Shown: one piece after another, positions 59,001 through 64,000 of the stretch
Layout of the letters: each line of letters starts with the position of its first letter
Numbering within the stretch: the stretch's first letter is position 1
Origin: an uncultured Acidimicrobiia bacterium
GTDB taxonomy: Bacteria > Actinomycetota > Acidimicrobiia > Spongiisociales > UBA5794
NCBI GenBank assembly: GCA_963753185.1
Contig: CAVWBO010000007.1
Coordinates: 1,610,914-1,674,913 of the forward strand
Reading direction: 5' to 3'
Length of the DNA stretch: 64,000 bases
Program-made: the position numbers and the translations under genes
Notes under the pieces: model-generated
What the model saw: only the letters and a program-made list of their open reading frames with translations
Told to the model about the DNA's origin: nothing
Database searches by the model: none

Positions 59001-60541
59001 TGCGACGGGTCGTCGACCGACTCCACGAGATCAGGAGGGAGCAGTCCGGCGTCGTTCTCATCCTCGTCGCCGTGCTCCTTCCGGTCTTCATGGGCATGGT
59101 CGGATTCGGCGTGGACTTCGGATGGCTGTACTGGAACGGCGTGAAGATCCAGCACGGTGCGGACGCAGCTGCACTGGCCGGTGTGATCTACGAGCCGGAC
59201 GACCAGACGTTGGCCTACTCCTCGGCCCACCAGGCAGCGGCAGAGAACGGCTACAACGGTCTCAACGCTGGAACCACGGTCGTTCCCGTCGACTACTCGG
59301 ATGATCCGACTGCAGTGAACAACCCGAACCAACTCCGGGTCACGGTGACCCACGCCGTCCCGACGTTCTTCATGAAGGTCTTCGGTATCGATTCGATCGA
59401 CATCACGAAGACGGCCCTTGCGGAGTACGTCCTGCCGCTTCCCCTCGGCAGTCCCGAGCGCCGCTTTGGCAACGACCCTGCGACGGGCCATGCACCGGAG
59501 TTTTGGGGCAACATCCACGGGTACTACACGGGCCGGAGCATGGGGGACAGATACTCGTCCCAATGCCTCAGCGGCGGAAGTGGATCAGGGTGCACCGCGA
59601 ACCCAGACAAGCGGCCAACCGTATGGGACGGTGCAACGCCCGGTACGATCAGCTCGACGACGGGCGGCTACATCTACGGTGTGGAGGTGGGACCGGGTCA
59701 GACGAACCTGTCGGTTGAGATCTTCGACGGTCCGTTCACCCGTGGTGGGGGAGACTTCATCCTCGTGGGCGACAACCCGCAGGGCTCGAGCCCCGGACCG
59801 ACGACCGTCTTCATCCTGTACGGCCCCGACCCGACACCACTCGACACCACCGATGCCAACGAGGTCCTGTGCACCGTTGTATATGCGCCTCGCGATGCGT
59901 ACATGCCGGGGGCGACCGCCGCGACGACTTGGGCCGATGTCGATGCCTTCCTCCCGGGAGGTGTGGCCTCGCTGTGGGATGAGATGTGCCCTGCGACGAA
60001 CCTCGACCGCGGTCCCGGCGTCTATCCACTCCGTGTCATCACCCTGGACAATGGCGAGCGTGGACTCAATCGTTGGTCGCTGAAGGCATCGGCCAGCGGT
60101 GGCAATCCGAGGATCTTCGGGCTCGGATCGATGGCGATCTACTCGAATGTCGACGGGGCGACCGGGGACACGGTCTTCTACCTCGCCGAGGTGGAGGCCG
60201 TGCACGCAGGTAAGGACCTGGTCATCTCCCTATGGGACCCGGGAGACGCATCCGGCAACCACTCCCTGCGGATCCGCAACCCCCAAGGTGGCCTCCCCTC
60301 GTGCACGTGGACGTCGACGAACCCTTCATATCCTGGCGGTTCACTCGGGTCATGTGACATCCCGACCAGTTCGAGTCGTTTCAACGACCACCTCGTGACG
60401 ATCCGGATCGACCTTCCAGACGACTACACGTGTGCCGCTGACTGTTGGTGGAAGATCGACTACAACTACCCGGGTCAGACGAACGACACGACGACGTGGG
60501 AAGCGCGGATCGAGGGCAACCCCGTGAAGCTGGTCGAGTAG
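58997..60541 (+). CDS. TadG-like (Tad N-terminal domain) protein with large Cys-containing C-terminal domain
   Basis: ATGA overlap with the tadE-like stop. N-terminal Tad domain VVLILVAVLLPVFMGMVGFGVDFGWLYWNGVKIQHGADAAALAG. The roughly 400-aa C-terminal domain, with several Cys pairs, is of unknown function. Confidence 0.6.
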   Translation: MMRRVVDRLHEIRREQSGVVLILVAVLLPVFMGMVGFGVDFGWLYWNGVKIQHGADAAALAGVIYEPDDQTLAYSSAHQAAAENGYNGLNAGTTVVPVDYSDDPTAVNNPNQLRVTVTHAVPTFFMKVFGIDSIDITKTALAEYVLPLPLGSPERRFGNDPATGHAPEFWGNIHGYYTGRSMGDRYSSQCLSGGSGSGCTANPDKRPTVWDGATPGTISSTTGGYIYGVEVGPGQTNLSVEIFDGPFTRGGGDFILVGDNPQGSSPGPTTVFILYGPDPTPLDTTDANEVLCTVVYAPRDAYMPGATAATTWADVDAFLPGGVASLWDEMCPATNLDRGPGVYPLRVITLDNGERGLNRWSLKASASGGNPRIFGLGSMAIYSNVDGATGDTVFYLAEVEAVHAGKDLVISLWDPGDASGNHSLRIRNPQGGLPSCTWTSTNPSYPGGSLGSCDIPTSSSRFNDHLVTIRIDLPDDYTCAADCWWKIDYNYPGQTNDTTTWEARIEGNPVKLVE

Positions 60542-60580
60542 CCGAACCCGGGGTCCACAGCACCGCTACGCTCGCCAACC

Positions 60581-63202
60581 ATGGCGAAGCTCGCACTGCT
60601 CGATGGTCATTCGCTCGCATATCGAGCGTTCTACGCGCTCCCTCCGGATCTCGCTACGCCTTCCGGACAGGTCACGAACGCCGTGTTCGGGTTCACCTCG
60701 ATGCTCATCAAGCTGCTCGACGAGGAAGCCCCCGACGCGATTGCCGTCGCGTGGGACCGCAGGGAGCCAACCTTCCGGTCGGAGGCGTACCCCGCCTACA
60801 AGGCAACCCGTGATGCCGCTCCCGACCTCTTTCGTAGTCAGCTGCCACTGATCCGCGACGTCCTCGAAGCGATGGAGATCCCCCAGGTCAGCCTCGCGGG
60901 CTACGAGGCGGACGACGTGATCGCCACCCTCGTGGAGAGCGGCAGAGCGCAGGGTTACGACCTCGTCGTCGTGACGGGGGACCGTGATGCGTTCCAGCTG
61001 TCGACGAACGACGTCACGATCCTGTACACGCGACGCGGAATCTCCGACATGGTCCACGCAACGCCCGCGTGGATCCGGGAGCGTTACGGGATATCGCCGG
61101 ATCGTTACGTCGAGTACGCAGCTCTGCGCGGAGACACCTCGGACAACCTCCCCGGCGTTCCCGGCGTCGGCGAGAAGACGGCGGCGAAGCTGATCACGAC
61201 GTATCCGAGCCTCGAGGACCTCTACGACCACATCGACGAGCTGAGCCCGAGGCTTCGGGACAACCTCGAATCGGCGCACGATCAGGTGCTGTTGAACCGA
61301 ACCCTCATGACAATGGTGCGCGACGTCCCGATCGAAGGGCTCGATGCCGAGGACCTCGAGCTCCGACCGTTCGATCGTGAGCGTGTTCGCGCTCTCTTCG
61401 ACGACCTTGCGTTCCGCAGCCTCTGGATCCGGCTGGACAAGCAGGGCGGCCTCGGAGACGGGGGTGGCGTGGAGTTGGAGGACATGGACGTCGTGACCGC
61501 TACGACACTGGATGGGGCGTTGGAAGCATTCCAGGGAGCCGGAACGGCGGTTGCCCCCGTGTGGGATGACGAAACACTGTCGGGATTGGTGGCCCACGGC
61601 GATCCTGCGACGTTCGTGCCGCTCGATCTCGTAGCAGGAGTCCTGTCGGGCGAGGGCTGCAGCGTGGTCGGACACGACCTCAAACCGGTGGTCAGGGCGC
61701 TCATCGAGAGCGACATCGCGGTACCGAGGATCGGATTCGACACGATGCTCGCAGCGTGGCTCGTGAACCCTGCCCAGCGAGCGCCAGACCTCGACGAGCT
61801 CGCGCATCGGGAGCTCGGAGTCGACGTCGATTCGTCGAAGGCCGGCAGATCATCAGGCGGGACCCAGACGTCGATGTCGTTCGACGAGCCGGGGCTCGAC
61901 CTCGTCGGCCCCGCCCGCCGGGCAGCAGCGATCCACCAGCTCGTGGATCCGCTCACGGTGCAGCTCGACGCCAGGGGATCTCTCGATTTGCTCGAGAGCA
62001 TTGAGCTGCCGCTCATGGCCATCCTGGCAGCGATGGAGGAGGCAGGAGTCGGCCTCGACACCGACTTCCTGAGATCGTACGGAAGGGACATCTCGGTCCG
62101 TATCGCCGACCTGGAGCAGCGAATCCACCTCGAGGCGGGCCGAGCGTTCAACGTCAACTCGACGCTGCAGCTGCGCAGCGTCCTGTACGACGAGCTCGGG
62201 CTGCCCGTTGTGAAGAAGACCCCAAAGGGAGCGCCCTCGACGGATGCATCGGTCCTCGAGAAGCTTCGCGGCGATCACGGGATCGTCGATGCGATCCTCT
62301 CGTTTCGAGAGCTCGACAAGTTGCGTTCCACGTACGTCGACTCCCTCCTCGCCCTCGTGCAACCGGATGGGCGCCTTCGCGGACGTTTCAACCAGACAGG
62401 TGCTGCGACAGGTCGGCTCTCGATGGAACAGCCCAACCTCCAGAACATCCCTGCTCGCAGCGTCGAGGGCCGCGCCATCCGGAGGGCATTCATAGCAGGA
62501 GAAGGATCGGTCCTCCTGGTCGCCGACTACAGCCAGATCGAACTCAGGATCCTCGCGCACCTCAGCGGTGACCCCGGGTTGATCGATGCCTTCGAGACGG
62601 GGGTCGACATCCACGCGGCGACGGCCGCACGAGTCAACGCCGTGCCACTCGATGATGTCACCGACGACATGCGGCGGACGTCCAAGATGATCAACTTCGG
62701 GCTCCTCTACGGTATGGAGGCCTATGGTCTCGCACAACGGCTCGACATCGACAGGTCCGAGGCGCAGCGCCACATCGACGAGTACTTCGAGCAGTTCCCC
62801 GATGTGCGGGAGTACATGGCCGGTATCGTCGACGAAGCACGCTCGACCGGGTACACGACCACGATCCTCGGACGAAGGAGGTACCTCCCCGAGCTCCACA
62901 GTCGCAGCACCCGCGAACGCCAGATGGGGGAGCGCATGGCGCTCAACGCTCCGATCCAGGGTTCCGCCGCCGACATCATCAAGAAAGCGATGATCGAGCT
63001 CGATCGGCACCTCAGGTCGGTCGGTTCGGGTGCGGAGATGGTGCTCCAGATCCACGACGAGCTCGTCCTCGAGGTCCCCGATGCCGAGATCGCGGCGGTG
63101 ACTGCTGCCACGGTCGACATCATGCGGTCCGTCGTCGACCTCCGCGTACCCCTCGAGGTGGCAACGGGTGCGGGTGTGAACCTCGCCGAGGCACACCACT
63201 GA
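60581..63202 (+). CDS. polA: DNA polymerase I
   Basis: 5'-3' exonuclease N-terminus (LLDGHSLAYRAFYAL), a 3'-5' exo-like middle, and polymerase motifs A (LLVADYSQIELRILAH) and B (RRTSKMINFGLLYG), plus QIHDELV. Confidence 0.9.
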   Translation: MAKLALLDGHSLAYRAFYALPPDLATPSGQVTNAVFGFTSMLIKLLDEEAPDAIAVAWDRREPTFRSEAYPAYKATRDAAPDLFRSQLPLIRDVLEAMEIPQVSLAGYEADDVIATLVESGRAQGYDLVVVTGDRDAFQLSTNDVTILYTRRGISDMVHATPAWIRERYGISPDRYVEYAALRGDTSDNLPGVPGVGEKTAAKLITTYPSLEDLYDHIDELSPRLRDNLESAHDQVLLNRTLMTMVRDVPIEGLDAEDLELRPFDRERVRALFDDLAFRSLWIRLDKQGGLGDGGGVELEDMDVVTATTLDGALEAFQGAGTAVAPVWDDETLSGLVAHGDPATFVPLDLVAGVLSGEGCSVVGHDLKPVVRALIESDIAVPRIGFDTMLAAWLVNPAQRAPDLDELAHRELGVDVDSSKAGRSSGGTQTSMSFDEPGLDLVGPARRAAAIHQLVDPLTVQLDARGSLDLLESIELPLMAILAAMEEAGVGLDTDFLRSYGRDISVRIADLEQRIHLEAGRAFNVNSTLQLRSVLYDELGLPVVKKTPKGAPSTDASVLEKLRGDHGIVDAILSFRELDKLRSTYVDSLLALVQPDGRLRGRFNQTGAATGRLSMEQPNLQNIPARSVEGRAIRRAFIAGEGSVLLVADYSQIELRILAHLSGDPGLIDAFETGVDIHAATAARVNAVPLDDVTDDMRRTSKMINFGLLYGMEAYGLAQRLDIDRSEAQRHIDEYFEQFPDVREYMAGIVDEARSTGYTTTILGRRRYLPELHSRSTRERQMGERMALNAPIQGSAADIIKKAMIELDRHLRSVGSGAEMVLQIHDELVLEVPDAEIAAVTAATVDIMRSVVDLRVPLEVATGAGVNLAEAHH

Positions 63203-63341
63203 TCAGGCTCGACGGTCCAGCGGTACCCGGGTCACGGGAACGTGTTGTATGTTGGTGCATCGGTGCGATACCATGGCTAAGTCCTGGCTCCCTCTTCGCG
63301 CGCTCAGGATGTATTACGTATCCAAGGAGACCAACCCTTCC

Positions 63342-64000
63342 ATGCCCACCGACAACGAAACCGACCTCGCGTCGATCGACGTCCCCCAGGACGACGACGC
63401 GTCGACTGATCCGAACGACATCCTCACCGACGGTGCCTCGAGCACCGATACCGAGACCACTGCCGTGGCTCCCGAGGCTCTGGACGCACCGCCAGAGGAG
63501 GCAGATGCGCCTGTCGAGGCTGCGGCCGCCGACATGACATCGACGACAGAGGCCGTCGCATCCGTGGATGAGGATTCCGGCGAGGAATCAGATGGGCCGG
63601 TCGATTCGAAGCAGACGTCGGAATCCGAGGAGGCGGACGAACCCGTCGCGGACTCACCCCGGGGCGATCGCCCTGCGATCAGCGCTCCCGGTCAGATCGG
63701 GGACGTGCCGAACGACCTGTCGGCCGATGACTTCGCCGCCGCCATCGAGCAAACGGTGTTCGAGTTCAAGGAAGGCGACATCGTCGTCGGCACCGTCGTG
63801 CGGGTCGATCCGGACGAGGTGCTCGTCGACATCGGCTACAAGTCGGAAGGCGTGATCCCCCCGTACGAGCTCTCGGTTCGGAACAACTCCAACCCGGACG
63901 AGATCGTCAAGATCGGCGACAGGATCGAGGCTCTCGTTCTCCAGAAGGAGGACGACCAGGGTCGCCTCGTTCTCTCGAAGAAGCGAGCCCAGTACGAGCG
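63342..64000 (+). CDS. rpsA: 30S ribosomal protein S1, 3'-truncated by window edge; unusually long acidic N-terminal extension
   Basis: AAGGAGA SD 12 nt upstream of the ATG. About 120 aa of D/E/T-rich low complexity precede the canonical S1 start region (FKEGDIVVGTVVRVDPDEVLVDIGYKSEGVIP...RLVLSKKRAQYE). Confidence 0.8.
   Translation, partial: MPTDNETDLASIDVPQDDDASTDPNDILTDGASSTDTETTAVAPEALDAPPEEADAPVEAAAADMTSTTEAVASVDEDSGEESDGPVDSKQTSESEEADEPVADSPRGDRPAISAPGQIGDVPNDLSADDFAAAIEQTVFEFKEGDIVVGTVVRVDPDEVLVDIGYKSEGVIPPYELSVRNNSNPDEIVKIGDRIEALVLQKEDDQGRLVLSKKRAQYE

Overview
This is a high-GC (~68%) actinobacterial chromosomal segment made up mostly of conserved housekeeping genes. From the 5' end it contains: a type-II fatty-acid synthesis cluster (fabH, partial; fabG; acpP; fabF); a small minus-strand operon encoding a cupredoxin-like secreted protein and two polytopic membrane proteins; a histidine phosphatase; a DUF3040/MerR pair; the conserved MoxR ATPase, DUF58 and transglutaminase (TgpA-like) triad; and a short poorly conserved island (small membrane protein, acidic bipartite protein, a 15-bp x6 tandem repeat, a degenerate serine-recombinase-like domain protein and an HNH endonuclease). 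A UspA gene follows, then a complete dcw (division/cell wall) cluster preceded by a periodic GTGGG MraZ operator array: mraZ-rsmH-ftsL-ftsI-murE-murF-mraY-murD-ftsW-murG-murC-murB-ftsQ-ftsZ-pgeF-yggS-sepF-yggT. Next come a minus-strand ileS with a T-box leader, then yggU, a DksA-like gene, lspA, a pseudouridine synthase, a WS/DGAT acyltransferase, pfkA, dnaE, a pair of ArsA-like ATPases, a 556-aa unknown protein, a PaaI thioesterase, nth, MATE and MFS transporters, ccdA, a trp cluster (trpE, fused trpC-trpF, trpB, trpA), tRNA-Leu(CAA), an orphan TadE/TadG-like pair, polA and the start of rpsA. Several conserved genes (pgeF, yggS, trpE at two sites) carry frameshifts, at least one of them inside a G7 homopolymer, which suggests indel errors in the assembly or recent pseudogenisation. 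I found no CRISPR arrays, integrases or obvious defence islands. The least well explained segments are 11.2-13.8 kb and the Tad/ArsA neighbourhoods.
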